A DNA stretch of 64,000 nt, taken from the NCBI RefSeq assembly GCF_003334765.1, contig NZ_QOWT01000007.1. One strand, 5' to 3'. A program made the position numbers and the translations under genes. The stretch is from Escherichia coli (lineage in GTDB: Bacteria > Pseudomonadota > Gammaproteobacteria > Enterobacterales > Enterobacteriaceae). Shown piece after piece: positions 36,634 to 47,844 of the stretch. Every line of letters begins with the position of its first letter. The first letter of the stretch is position 1. The notes beneath the pieces are model-generated. The model worked only from the letters and a program-made list of their open reading frames with translations, had not been told where the DNA came from and made no database searches.

Positions 36634-37680
36634 TCAGGCTTCCTCTTGTAACAATAGAGAGTTGAGTTCTTCCAGCACGCGCTGGGGAGTAATGTCGATC
36701 AAGCTCTGGTGATAACCTTCTGCGGCGTCGCCTTTGCGTACTTTGTGATAGCCGGTAATCAGGCGGATCACGCGCGCTTTATGGGATAGCGGCGGTGTGA
36801 AGTCCGGGCTACTCGGACCATACAGGGCAACCAGCGGACGATTGAGCGCCGCCGCAACGTGCATCAGGCCAGAATCGTTAGTGACAATGGCTTTACAGGC
36901 TGCAATCAGGATAACCGCTTGATCAAGCTGTGTTTCCCCCGCCAGGTTCCGGCACCATGCCTGCTGCTCGGTATTTAAAGCGGCAAGAATCTCATTGCCC
37001 GCTTCATGATCTTTCGCCGAGCCAAACAGAACCACTTGATAACCTTCATCAATCAGTTGCTTTGCCAGTTCCGCATAGTGGTAGTGTGGCCAGCGTTTTG
37101 CCGGACCAAACTCCGCACCCGGGCAAAAACCAATCATTGGACGTTCTGATGAAAGCGAAAATTGATTACAGGTATATGATTTTTCACCTTCGCTCACCTG
37201 CAACTGCGGCCATAACAATGGCTGCGGCAGATCTTGTGCGGTACGCATAATACCTTTGTCATAGGCCAGCGCCACATAGCGTTCCACCATCAGCGGCCAG
37301 GCTTCTTTATCCAGCACACGCACATCGTTGAGTAAACCGTAGCGCATTTCGCCGCGCCAGCCGGTGCGATGAGGAATACCCGCGAAGAAAGGCACTAATG
37401 CGGATTTGAAGGAGTTGGGTAAAACGTAGGCGCGGTCGTAACGTTTTTCGCGCAGGCTATGACCCAGCTTGCGGCGTTCGCCAATTTCCAGCGCCCCGTG
37501 ACCAAGCGGCATAGGAATGGCTTCGTTAACTTCCGGCATCCGCGATAATAATGGACGGCACCATGCCGGTGCCATCACGTCGATTATCGCCTGGGGATAG
37601 CGCGCCTGGAGCGTGCGATAGAGACTTTGCGACATCATCATGTCGCCAACCCATGACGGGCCGATCACCAATATTTTCAT
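36634..37680 (-). CDS. waaF: LPS heptosyltransferase II (GT9)
   Basis: 348-aa ORF MKILVIGPSWVGDMMMSQSLYRTLQARYPQAIIDVMAPAW... Confidence 0.95.
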   Translation of the reverse strand: MKILVIGPSWVGDMMMSQSLYRTLQARYPQAIIDVMAPAWCRPLLSRMPEVNEAIPMPLGHGALEIGERRKLGHSLREKRYDRAYVLPNSFKSALVPFFAGIPHRTGWRGEMRYGLLNDVRVLDKEAWPLMVERYVALAYDKGIMRTAQDLPQPLLWPQLQVSEGEKSYTCNQFSLSSERPMIGFCPGAEFGPAKRWPHYHYAELAKQLIDEGYQVVLFGSAKDHEAGNEILAALNTEQQAWCRNLAGETQLDQAVILIAACKAIVTNDSGLMHVAAALNRPLVALYGPSSPDFTPPLSHKARVIRLITGYHKVRKGDAAEGYHQSLIDITPQRVLEELNSLLLQEEA

Positions 37681-37759
37681 TCACTTCATCCTTCAAGCTG
37701 TCTCTGCGGCGGCTGCCTGCGTTCACTCCGGTCACTTACTTTTGTAAGCTCCCGGAGAT

Positions 37760-38740
37760 TCACTTAGCTGCTGCCTTGATACCGCTCGAATGATTTTGTG
37801 AATTTACGTTGATGTCGCGATTCAGCCAGGCCATGTATTCCGTTACGCCTTCGGCAACGGTTTTGAACGGTTTGTCATAACCCGCCGCGCGCAGATTCGT
37901 CAGATCTGCCTGCGTGAATGCCTGATAGCGGCCTTTCAGTTTATCCGGGAACGGAATGTATTCGATCTGGCCTTTCTTGTGATAAGCAAGCGTTGCATCG
38001 GCTACCGCCTGGAAGGATTCCGCACGACCAGTACCGAGGTTGAAGATGCCGGAAACGCCATTTTCCAGGAACCACAGGTTTACATCTGCCACGTCGCCAA
38101 CATAGACGAAGTCGCGTTTAAAGTTCTCGCTACCTTCGAACAGCTTCGGTGATTCACCGTTATTAAGCTGGGTGTTGAGATGGAAAGCGACGCTCGCCAT
38201 GCTGCCTTTATGGCCTTCACGCGGTCCATAAACGTTGAAATAACGGAAGCCAACAATCTGTGAGTTTGCTTCCGGCAGAATTTGACGAACATATTCATCA
38301 AACAGGAATTTCGAGTAACCGTAGACGTTCAACGGTTTTTCGTACTCGCGGGATTCAATAAAGTCGGAAGTGCGACCGCCGTAAGTGGCTGCGGATGAAG
38401 CGTACAGGAACGGGATTTCACGCTCCAGGCAGTAGTGCAGCAGCTCCTTGGAGTATTGATAGTTGTTATCCATCATATACTTGCCGTCCCACTCGGTGGT
38501 GGAAGAGCACGCGCCTTCGTGGAAAATCGCTTCGACATCGCCGAACTCTTCGCCAGCCATAATCTGGATCAGGAAGTCTTCCTTATCCATATAGTCTGCG
38601 ATATTCAGGTCCACCAGGTTCACAAACTTGGTGCCGTCTTTCAGGTTGTCCACCACCAGAATATCGGTGATGCCTTTGTCATTCAGGGCTTTAACGATGT
38701 TGCTGCCGATAAAGCCCGCGCCGCCGGTAACGATGATCAT
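37760..38740 (-). CDS. hldD: ADP-L-glycero-D-manno-heptose 6-epimerase
   Basis: [26 protein letters not shown]... (Rossmann GxGxxG), 326 aa as read; the C-terminal tail after ...MAWLNRD appears longer than the canonical 310-aa protein. Confidence 0.9.
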
Positions 38741-38953
38741 AACTGTAACCTTCGAATTGTGGAGTCAGAGACAATCTCAGACACGAATACTTCTATCATA
38801 TCACTACACGGCGCTGGCTACAGCCATTCACCGAAAGTGGTATGCCTGAGCGTGATTTATGCTTATTTTTTGACAAGTACAAATGCTTCATCTCGTATCA
38901 ACCTATGGCTTTCGGTAATATGTGCTGAAATTTGCCCAGTCTGGAGAATCGCG

Positions 38954-40150
38954 ATGCGTGGAGATTTTTATCAGCAGTTAGCCAACGATCTGGAAACCGC
39001 TCGTGCGGAAGGATTGTTTAAAGAAGAGCGCATTATCACATCCGCTCAACAAGCGGATATCACTGTGGCGGATGGTAGCCACGTCATTAACTTTTGTGCC
39101 AATAACTACCTGGGGCTGGCGAACCACCCGGAACTGATTGCGGCAGCAAAAGCGGGAATGGATTCTCATGGTTTCGGCATGGCTTCGGTGCGTTTTATTT
39201 GTGGCACTCAGGACAGCCACAAAGAGCTTGAGCAGAAGCTGGCTGCATTCCTGGGGATGGAAGATGCGATTCTCTACTCTTCCTGCTTTGATGCTAACGG
39301 TGGCCTGTTTGAAACACTGCTGGGTGCGGAAGACGCCATTATCTCCGACGCACTGAACCACGCGTCTATTATTGATGGTGTGCGTCTGTGTAAAGCTAAA
39401 CGCTATCGCTATGCCAACAACGATATGCAGGAGCTTGAAGCTCGTCTGAAAGAAGCGCGTGAAGCCGGTGCGCGTCATGTGCTGATTGCCACCGATGGTG
39501 TGTTCTCGATGGACGGCGTGATTGCCAATCTGAAGGGCGTTTGCAATCTGGCAGATAAATACGATGCCCTGGTGATGGTAGACGACTCCCACGCGGTCGG
39601 TTTTGTCGGTGAAAACGGTCGTGGTTCCCATGAATACTGCGATGTGATGGGCCGGGTCGATATTATCACCGGTACGCTTGGTAAAGCGCTGGGCGGGGCT
39701 TCTGGTGGTTATACCGCGGCGCGCAAAGAAGTGGTTGAGTGGCTACGCCAGCGTTCTCGTCCGTACCTGTTCTCCAACTCGCTGGCACCAGCGATTGTCG
39801 CCGCTTCCATCAAAGTGCTGGAGATGGTTGAAGCGGGCAGCGAGCTACGTGACCGTTTGTGGGCGAACGCGCGTCAGTTCCGTGAGCAAATGTCGGCGGC
39901 GGGCTTTACCCTGGCGGGAGCCGATCACGCCATTATTCCGGTCATGCTTGGCGATGCGGTAGTGGCGCAGAAATTTGCTCGTGAGCTGCAAAAAGAGGGG
40001 ATTTACGTCACCGGTTTCTTCTATCCGGTCGTTCCGAAAGGTCAGGCGCGTATTCGTACCCAGATGTCTGCGGCGCATACCTCTGAGCAAATTACGCGCG
40101 CAGTAGAAGCATTCACGCGTATTGGTAAACAACTGGGCGTTATCGCCTGA
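38954..40150 (+). CDS. kbl: 2-amino-3-ketobutyrate CoA ligase (glycine C-acetyltransferase)
   Basis: 398 aa from ATG 38954 ([32 protein letters not shown]...); the tool ORF starting at 38435 is an upstream read-through. Confidence 0.95.
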   Translation: MRGDFYQQLANDLETARAEGLFKEERIITSAQQADITVADGSHVINFCANNYLGLANHPELIAAAKAGMDSHGFGMASVRFICGTQDSHKELEQKLAAFLGMEDAILYSSCFDANGGLFETLLGAEDAIISDALNHASIIDGVRLCKAKRYRYANNDMQELEARLKEAREAGARHVLIATDGVFSMDGVIANLKGVCNLADKYDALVMVDDSHAVGFVGENGRGSHEYCDVMGRVDIITGTLGKALGGASGGYTAARKEVVEWLRQRSRPYLFSNSLAPAIVAASIKVLEMVEAGSELRDRLWANARQFREQMSAAGFTLAGADHAIIPVMLGDAVVAQKFARELQKEGIYVTGFFYPVVPKGQARIRTQMSAAHTSEQITRAVEAFTRIGKQLGVIA

Positions 40151-40159
40151 GGATGTGAA

Positions 40160-41185
40160 ATGAAAGCGTTATACAAACTGAAAGCGGAAGAAGGCATCTG
40201 GATGACCGACGTTCCTGAGCCGGAACTGGGTCATAACGATCTGCTGATTAAAATCCGTAAAACAGCCATCTGCGGGACTGACGTTCACATCTATAACTGG
40301 GATGAGTGGTCGCAAAAAACCATCCCGGTGCCGATGGTCGTGGGCCATGAATATGTCGGTGAAGTGGTAGGTATTGGTCAGGAAGTGAAAGGCTTCAAGA
40401 TTGGCGATCGCGTTTCTGGCGAAGGCCATATCACTTGCGGTCACTGTCGCAACTGTCGTGGCGGTCGTACCCATCTGTGCCGCAACACGATCGGCGTCGG
40501 CGTTAACCGCCCGGGCTGCTTCGCCGAATATCTGGTGATTCCGGCGTTCAACGCCTTCAAAATTCCCGACAATATCTCCGACGATCTGGCTTCCATTTTT
40601 GATCCCTTCGGTAATGCCGTGCATACCGCGCTGTCGTTCGATCTGGTTGGCGAGGATGTGCTGGTCTCTGGTGCAGGTCCGATAGGTATTATGGCTGCGG
40701 CGGTGGCGAAACACGTTGGTGCACGCAATGTGGTGATCACGGATGTTAATGAATATCGTCTCGAACTGGCGCGCAAAATGGGTATCACCCGTGCGGTCAA
40801 CGTCGCTAAAGAAAACCTTAATGATGTGATGGCAGAACTGGGTATGACCGAAGGCTTTGATGTCGGTCTGGAAATGTCCGGTGCGCCGCCAGCGTTTCGT
40901 ACCATGCTCGACACCATGAACCACGGCGGTCGTATTGCGATGTTGGGTATTCCACCTTCTGACATGTCGATAGACTGGACAAAAGTGATCTTTAAGGGCT
41001 TGTTCATTAAAGGCATTTACGGTCGTGAGATGTTTGAAACCTGGTACAAGATGGCGGCGCTGATTCAGTCTGGCCTCGATCTCTCGCCGATCATTACCCA
41101 TCGTTTCTCTATCGATGATTTCCAGAAGGGCTTTGACGCTATGCGTTCGGGCCAGTCCGGGAAAGTTATTCTGAGCTGGGATTAA
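40160..41185 (+). CDS. tdh: L-threonine 3-dehydrogenase
   Basis: 341-aa [46 protein letters not shown]... (zinc-ADH family). Confidence 0.95.
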   Translation: MKALYKLKAEEGIWMTDVPEPELGHNDLLIKIRKTAICGTDVHIYNWDEWSQKTIPVPMVVGHEYVGEVVGIGQEVKGFKIGDRVSGEGHITCGHCRNCRGGRTHLCRNTIGVGVNRPGCFAEYLVIPAFNAFKIPDNISDDLASIFDPFGNAVHTALSFDLVGEDVLVSGAGPIGIMAAAVAKHVGARNVVITDVNEYRLELARKMGITRAVNVAKENLNDVMAELGMTEGFDVGLEMSGAPPAFRTMLDTMNHGGRIAMLGIPPSDMSIDWTKVIFKGLFIKGIYGREMFETWYKMAALIQSGLDLSPIITHRFSIDDFQKGFDAMRSGQSGKVILSWD

Positions 41186-41195
41186 CACGAACAAG

Positions 41196-41216
41196 GGCTG
41201 GTATTCCAGCCCTTTT
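41196..41216 (+). terminator. rho-independent terminator after tdh
   Basis: GGGCTGG-tat-CCAGCCC hairpin followed by TTTT. Confidence 0.65.
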
Positions 41217-41423
41217 ATCTGAGGATAATCTGTTAAATATGTAAAATCCTGTCAGTGTAATAAAGAGTTCGTAATTGTGCTGATCTCTTATATAGCTGCT
41301 CTCATTATCTCTCTACCCTGAAGTGACTCTCTCACCTGTAAAAATAATATCTCACAGGCTTAATAGTTTCTTAATACAAAGCCTGTAAAACGTCAGGATA
41401 ACTTCAGAGGTCGTCGGTAATTT

Positions 41424-42458
41424 ATGATGAACAGCACCAATAAACTTAGTGTTATTATTCCGTTATATAATGCGGGCGATGATTTCCGCACTTGTATGGA
41501 ATCTTTAATTACGCAAACCTGGACTGCTCTGGAAATCATTATTATTAACGATGGTTCAACGGATAATTCTGTTGAAATAGCAAAGCATTACGCAGAAAAC
41601 TATCCGCACGTTCGTTTGTTGCATCAGGCGAATGCTGGCGCATCGGTGGCGCGTAATCGTGGGATTGAAGTGGCAACGGGCAAATATGTCGCTTTTGTCG
41701 ATGCTGACGATGAAGTCTATCCCACCATGTACGAAACGCTGATGACCATGGCGTTAGAGGACGACCTCGACGTGGCGCAGTGCAACGCTGACTGGTGTTT
41801 TCGTGAAACGGGAGAAACCTGGCAATCCATCCCCACCGATCGCCTTCGCTCAACCGGCGTCTTAACCGGCCCGGACTGGCTGCGGATGGGGCTTTCTTCG
41901 CGCCGTTGGACTCACGTTGTCTGGATGGGGGTTTATCGCCGTGATGTTATTGTTAAAAATAACATTAAATTTATTGCCGGATTACATCATCAGGATATTG
42001 TCTGGACAACAGAATTCATGTTTAACGCGCTGCGTGCGCGATATACCGAGCAATCATTATATAAATATTATCTGCATAATACGTCAGTGAGTCGGTTGCA
42101 TAGACAAGGGAATAAAAACCTTAATTATCAACGTCACTATATTAAGATTACCCGCCTGCTGGAGAAATTAAATCGAAATTATGCCGACAAAATTATGATT
42201 TATCCGGAATTTCATCAGCAAATAACTTACGAGGCATTGCGTGTTTGCCATGCGGTGCGCAAAGAGCCGGATATTCTTACCCGCCAACGGATGATTGCCG
42301 AGATATTTACTTCCGGTATGTATAAGCGCCTGATTACCAATGTGCGCAGCGTGAAGGTCGGTTACCAGGCGTTACTGTGGTCTTTCCGCTTATGGCAATG
42401 GCGCGACAAAACGCGGTCGCACCATCGCATTACGCGTAGCGCCTTTAATTTGCGCTAG
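41424..42458 (+). CDS. waaH: GT2-family glycosyltransferase (LPS glucuronic acid transferase WaaH/YibD)
   Basis: 344-aa ORF MMNSTNKLSVIIPLYNAGDDFRTCMESLITQTWTALEIIIINDGSTDNS... (GT2 DxD motif VDADD). Confidence 0.85.
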   Translation: MMNSTNKLSVIIPLYNAGDDFRTCMESLITQTWTALEIIIINDGSTDNSVEIAKHYAENYPHVRLLHQANAGASVARNRGIEVATGKYVAFVDADDEVYPTMYETLMTMALEDDLDVAQCNADWCFRETGETWQSIPTDRLRSTGVLTGPDWLRMGLSSRRWTHVVWMGVYRRDVIVKNNIKFIAGLHHQDIVWTTEFMFNALRARYTEQSLYKYYLHNTSVSRLHRQGNKNLNYQRHYIKITRLLEKLNRNYADKIMIYPEFHQQITYEALRVCHAVRKEPDILTRQRMIAEIFTSGMYKRLITNVRSVKVGYQALLWSFRLWQWRDKTRSHHRITRSAFNLR

Positions 42459-43404
42459 CGTTAAACTTCGCCGCTTCGGGCTGTTTGCCCCAGCCTTGCC
42501 ACTGATGCTGGAAGTAAACGATCAGCGTGCTCTGGCTGATACTTTCGCTTAATACTTCAAAGAAGCGATTAGCATAAACAGGTTCTATCGGTTTCTTCGG
42601 TTTGCACAGCTTCACGCCACGGAACGGATTACGCGGTGCATCAGGCACAGCGTTTTTCGGCGGTGTAGAAGTATCAACCTGCGGTTCATTCAGCAAGCTG
42701 CTGGCTTTCACCAGCGTAATGTCTGGCGGCAGGTTATAAACCATCTGTTGTAGCACGCGTACCGTTGAAGGGTGAGGATGCCCAATGGCAATGGTTGAAC
42801 CGTTGCGACGCGCCAGATCAATTGCGCGATTAAATTGCACACGGATGTCCGCTTCGTTCTGCGAATCGTCGAGGAACACCTTCCGTTTGATCACCTTCAC
42901 GCCAGTACCTTGCGCGGCGCGCATCGCCTGGGTATTACCGATGGTTACGCTGTCGAGGAAGTAAAGATTGTAACGCTCCAGTGCCTGCATCACTTTCTGC
43001 ATACCAAACAGGTTAGAGGTCATCTTGCTACCCATGTGGTTGTTGATCCCCACGGCATAGGGCACGTTATTGACCGCACTACGAATAATGCGCTCAATTT
43101 CGTCGCTGCTCATCTCCGGGCGCAGCGTATTTTTCTCCAGCGGCTGTTTACTCAGTGGTGCCATCGGGAGATGAATCAACACTTCGTGCCCGCTGTTATG
43201 CGCTTTGGTCGCCATCTCTCTGGCGTGCGGTGAATCGGGTAATACAGCGACGGAGATAGCGGAGGGCATCGCCAGCACCTGGTTTTCGTTGTGCGGGCGA
43301 TACCCAAAATCATCAATGACGATGGCAAGTTTGCCAGCAAGTACGGGGGAGGAGAGCACCAACAGAGCGGCAAATGCAAGAACGTTACGACGAAATGGAA
43401 ACAA
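42445..43404 (-). CDS. yibQ: divergent polysaccharide deacetylase-family protein
   Basis: 319-aa ORF with signal peptide MFPFRRNVLAFAALLVLSSPVLAGKLAIVIDDFGYR... Confidence 0.85.
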   Translation of the reverse strand: MFPFRRNVLAFAALLVLSSPVLAGKLAIVIDDFGYRPHNENQVLAMPSAISVAVLPDSPHAREMATKAHNSGHEVLIHLPMAPLSKQPLEKNTLRPEMSSDEIERIIRSAVNNVPYAVGINNHMGSKMTSNLFGMQKVMQALERYNLYFLDSVTIGNTQAMRAAQGTGVKVIKRKVFLDDSQNEADIRVQFNRAIDLARRNGSTIAIGHPHPSTVRVLQQMVYNLPPDITLVKASSLLNEPQVDTSTPPKNAVPDAPRNPFRGVKLCKPKKPIEPVYANRFFEVLSESISQSTLIVYFQHQWQGWGKQPEAAKFNASAN

Positions 43405-43407
43405 AAC

Positions 43408-44667
43408 TTATCTTCCCAACCACGGCTGTGGATTGACCGCCTGACCCTGGCGGCGAATTTCGAAATAGAGTGAAGGCCGACCCTGACCGCCACTGCTGCC
43501 CACCAGTGCAATTGGCTGGCCCGCGCGAACCTGCGAACCAACGCTCACCAGTGCGCTCTGATTATAGCCGTAAAGACTCATGTCGCCTTTACCGTGCTCA
43601 ACCACCACCACCAGACCGTAACCTTGCAGCCAGTCAGCCAGAATCACCCGACCGTCGGCAATCGCTTTAACTTCAGTACCTTCAGAGGCACCGATAACCA
43701 TTCCTTTCCAGCGTAGTTCGCCCTGTAGCTGTTCACCATAGCGATGCAGCGTCGGCCCGCGAACCGGCCAGAATGCCTGACCACGCGGCGCACCCAGACC
43801 ACCGGTACGGGACATCAGCGATTTTTCGCTTTCAGTCGGTTTGTAGGTGGTGCCTTTACGCGTCGCTTCTTTCTGGCGGTCGCGAACCGCCTGGGCCTCA
43901 CGCGCTTCTCGTTCAGCACGCGCTTTCGCCGCGGCTTCCGCACGGGCAATGCTGTTACGCAGACGGGATTCGTTGGCACGCAGTTCACTTAGCTGCTGCT
44001 GACCTTGCTGGATGGAAGATTCCAGCCCCGCCAGCGTCTTTTTACGCTCGTTCAGAGCCTGAGTCAGTTTCGCCTGTTGGGCGCGCTGTTCATATAACAG
44101 CGTTTGTTGCTCGCTTTGTTTCTCTTCCAGTTCAGCACGCTGCATGGCGACTTCTTCACGCGTTTGCTTCAACTGGGCAATGGTTTCTTGTCGCGCCTGG
44201 TTGAGATAGCCGAAATAAGCCTGTAAACGCTGTCCACGCTGGCTTTCTTCACCGCTGAGAATTAGCTGAATACCGGTATGCTCGCCCTGACGGAATGCGG
44301 CATCCAGTTGTGCGGCGAGGCTGCGCTCCTGGGCGGCTTTTTGCTGCTCCAGTTTGGCAATCGACGCGTTCATCTCATCAATCTGTTTATTGAGTTGATT
44401 GAGCGTGTTTTGCGTTTCGCGCAGCTTACGGGTGGCTTCAGAGATCGCTTCTTCCTGCTTTTTCAATTGTGCGAGCAGGCTTGCGCGTTGTTGTTGCTTT
44501 TGGCGTACCGCGCGCTCTTTCGCGGCGATATCGGCCTGAATAGATTTGAGTTGGTCACGCTCATCCGCGTGGGCGGAAAAGGCGCACAACAATACGCCAG
44601 CGCTAAGAACGCTGGCGTAGATGATGGGCCTGATTGCAAACCTGCGCGGTTTCACGGCCCGTGTCAT
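43408..44667 (-). CDS. envC: murein hydrolase activator EnvC (coiled-coil + LytM domain)
   Basis: 419 aa from internal Met MTRAVKPRRFAIRPIIYASVLSAGVLLCAFSAHADERDQLKSIQ...; Q/A/E-rich coiled coil and C-terminal LytM. Confidence 0.9.
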   Translation of the reverse strand: MTRAVKPRRFAIRPIIYASVLSAGVLLCAFSAHADERDQLKSIQADIAAKERAVRQKQQQRASLLAQLKKQEEAISEATRKLRETQNTLNQLNKQIDEMNASIAKLEQQKAAQERSLAAQLDAAFRQGEHTGIQLILSGEESQRGQRLQAYFGYLNQARQETIAQLKQTREEVAMQRAELEEKQSEQQTLLYEQRAQQAKLTQALNERKKTLAGLESSIQQGQQQLSELRANESRLRNSIARAEAAAKARAEREAREAQAVRDRQKEATRKGTTYKPTESEKSLMSRTGGLGAPRGQAFWPVRGPTLHRYGEQLQGELRWKGMVIGASEGTEVKAIADGRVILADWLQGYGLVVVVEHGKGDMSLYGYNQSALVSVGSQVRAGQPIALVGSSGGQGRPSLYFEIRRQGQAVNPQPWLGR

Positions 44668-44700
44668 GGTATTAATCGCCTTTCCCCTCATGGGGAGGGA

Positions 44701-46245
44701 TTATTCCACGATGAACAGCGGCTTACCAGTCATCTCTTGCGGGATTTCCATACCCATCAGCGACAACATGGTCGGCGCGATGTCAGAAAGTTTGCCGCCT
44801 GCAACCGCTTTCACGTTCTTATCACCAACGTAAATCAGCGGAACTGGCAGGTTGGTGTGTGCCGTGTGTGCCTGACCCGTTGCCGGATCGCGCATCTGTT
44901 CAGCGTTACCGTGGTCAGCGGTGATCAGCAGTTGTCCACCCACGGACTCAACCGCTTTCGCGACTTCTTCCACGCAGTGATCCAGTGCTTCAACCGCTTT
45001 AACCGCCGCTTCCATCACCCCGGTGTGACCTACCATGTCGCCGTTCGGATAGTTACAGATAATGGTGTCGTATTTGCCGCTCTTGATGGCCGCAACCAGT
45101 TTTTCGGTCAGCTCTGCGGAGCTCATTTCCGGTTGCAGATCGTAGGTAGCCACTTTCGGTGAGTTGATCAGAATGCGATCTTCGCCTTTGAACGACTCTT
45201 CTACGCCACCGTTGAAGAAGAAAGTAACGTGGGCATATTTTTCGGTTTCGGAAATACGCAACTGAGTTTTGTCGTTTTTCGCCATCCACTCGCCGAAGGT
45301 GTTAACCAGGGAAGCGGGTGGGTAAGCAACCGCAGTTTTGATGTCAGCGGCGTATTCGGTCAGCATCACGAAATCGACGTTAACCACTTTCTTACGCGCG
45401 AAGCCGTCGAAATCTGCGTTTACGAATGCACGAGTGATTTCGCGCGCGCGGTCAGCACGGAAGTTCATGAAAATCAGCGCATCGCCGTCTTCCATTGCCG
45501 CATCTGGCTGACCTTCTGCACGAATAACGGTCGCTTTCACGAACTCGTCGTTTTCGTCGCGAGCATAAGCTGCCTGCAAACCAGCAACGGCAGTATCGGC
45601 CTGGAACTCACCCTGCGCCAGAGTCAGCAGGTCATAGGCTTTTTCAACGCGATCCCAACGGTTATCGCGGTCCATCGCGTAGTAACGACCAATGATGGAC
45701 GCTACGCGGCCTTTACCCAGCGCAGCAAATTTCTCTTCAAATTTTTTCAGCGAGGATTCAGCACTGCGCGGCGGGGTGTCGCGACCGTCAAGGAATGCGT
45801 GCAGGTAGATTTTTTCTGCGCCGCGTTCAGCTGCCAGTTCTACCATCGCCATGATGTGATCTTCGTGGCTGTGTACGCCGCCTGCGGAGAGCAGACCCAT
45901 AATGTGTACTGCTTTACCTGCGTTTTTCGCTTTATCTACCGCGCCAGTCAGCACTGGATTAGCAAAGAAAGCGCGATCTTTGATTTCAACGTCCAGACGA
46001 GTCAGGTCCTGATACACGATGCGGCCGGCACCCAGGTTAACGTGGCCTACTTCGGAGTTACCCATCTGACGGTCAGGCAGACCGACTTCCAGACCGGAAG
46101 CGTCGATCAGGGTATGCGGACGATTGGCCCACAGTGCATCCATTACCGGGGTTTTAGCACTAAAAATGGCGTTATCCTGCTGTTCTTCACGATAGCCATA
46201 GCCATCCAGAATCACCAGTACCATAGGTTTTTTAGAAACCGACAT
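44701..46245 (-). CDS. gpmM: 2,3-bisphosphoglycerate-independent phosphoglycerate mutase
   Basis: 514 aa from internal Met [28 protein letters not shown]... Confidence 0.9.
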
Positions 46246-46489
46246 TGCGACAACCTCATACTCAAGAGTCAAAATTTGCGTAATTTTACTACAGCTGAAT
46301 CGATAAAATAGCCTCTGAAGATCAAAATATACGACCGCTCGCGGCAAGCCGATGCCAGATTTGCGCTTTTTTTTCGTCGTGCCCCGCAAAATTGCATTCC
46401 AGTTAACGCGCTGGCTGTATTTGCCGCACCGCGCAGGTATACTCCTTTCCTGGTTTTTTTAATCACTACGTCGGGAGTTGTTACCCCCC

Positions 46490-46921
46490 ATGCAAGAAAT
46501 TATGCAATTTGTTGGCCGTCATCCCATACTGAGTATCGCCTGGATCGCGTTACTGGTGGCGGTTCTTGTGACTACGTTTAAGAGCCTGACCTCGAAAGTG
46601 AAGGTGATTACTCGTGGTGAAGCTACGCGTCTGATCAACAAAGAAGACGCTGTGGTTGTGGATTTACGTCAGCGTGATGACTTCCGTAAAGGCCATATCG
46701 CAGGTTCTATCAATCTGTTGCCGAGCGAAATCAAAGCCAACAATGTTGGTGAGCTTGAGAAGCACAAAGACAAACCGGTTATCGTGGTAGACGGTTCTGG
46801 CATGCAGTGCCAGGAGCCTGCAAACGCGCTGACGAAAGCTGGTTTTGCGCAAGTATTCGTGCTGAAAGAGGGCGTTGCTGGCTGGGCTGGCGAAAACTTG
46901 CCTCTGGTGCGCGGCAAATAA
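46490..46921 (+). CDS. yibN: rhodanese-domain inner-membrane protein
   Basis: 143 aa from [30 protein letters not shown]...; rhodanese fold. Confidence 0.85.
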
Positions 46922-47062
46922 TTTACCTGTCGTCTTTCATGATGCAGGCCGTTAGCTGCAATTAGGCCCCCAGCGACTTATTGTTATAAGCTTCTGGGGA
47001 CACTCCATTTTGCAGCCGCCCTGCAACATGAAATTTCAGGGTAAAAAAACAGGAGCTAAATT

Positions 47063-47314
47063 ATGGCCAATGTTGAAATCTATACCAAAGAAACCTGCCC
47101 GTATTGCCATCGTGCAAAAGCACTGCTGAGCAGCAAGGGCGTGAGTTTTCAGGAGTTGCCGATCGATGGCAATGCCGCCAAGCGTGAAGAGATGATCAAA
47201 CGCAGCGGTCGCACCACGGTTCCCCAGATTTTTATTGACGCACAGCACATTGGCGGCTGTGATGACTTGTATGCATTGGATGCACGTGGTGGACTGGATC
47301 CCCTGCTGAAATAA
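47063..47314 (+). CDS. grxC: glutaredoxin 3
   Basis: 83-aa [29 protein letters not shown]... with CPYC active site. Confidence 0.95.
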
Positions 47315-47376
47315 CGTGTGAACGTTGGCATTACATTGCGCAGTATTTAAGGACAACACTTAAGGGTTTTCTACAC

Positions 47377-47844
47377 ATGTCAGAACAAAACAACACTGAA
47401 ATGACTTTCCAGATCCAACGTATTTATACCAAGGATATCTCTTTCGAAGCGCCGAACGCGCCGCACGTTTTCCAGAAAGATTGGCAACCAGAAGTTAAAC
47501 TTGATCTGGATACGGCATCTTCCCAACTGGCAGATGACGTATACGAAGTGGTACTGCGTGTTACCGTAACGGCCTCCCTGGGCGAAGAAACCGCGTTCCT
47601 GTGTGAAGTTCAGCAGGGCGGTATTTTCTCCATCGCGGGTATCGAAGGCACCCAGATGGCACATTGCCTGGGCGCATACTGCCCGAACATTCTGTTCCCG
47701 TATGCTCGTGAGTGCATCACCAGCATGGTATCCCGCGGTACATTCCCGCAACTGAACCTTGCGCCGGTTAACTTCGATGCGCTGTTCATGAACTATTTGC
47801 AGCAGCAGGCTGGCGAAGGTACTGAAGAACATCAGGATGCCTGA
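47377..47844 (+). CDS. secB: protein-export chaperone SecB
   Basis: 155-aa [36 protein letters not shown]... Confidence 0.95.

Noticed and set aside
38435-38953. N-terminal 173 codons of the 571-aa tool ORF fused to kbl
   Set aside because: Read-through of the hldD–kbl divergent promoter region in the kbl frame; genuine kbl begins at the MRGDFYQQ... ATG at 38954.
40169-41194. 341-aa minus-strand ORF exactly antisense to tdh
   Set aside because: Shadow ORF on the opposite strand of a high-GC, strongly codon-biased gene; low-complexity R/H/T-rich translation.
44278-46311. Long plus-strand ORFs (294 aa and 360 aa) antisense to envC and gpmM
   Set aside because: Antisense shadow frames within well-supported genes; products are low-complexity with no recognisable domain.
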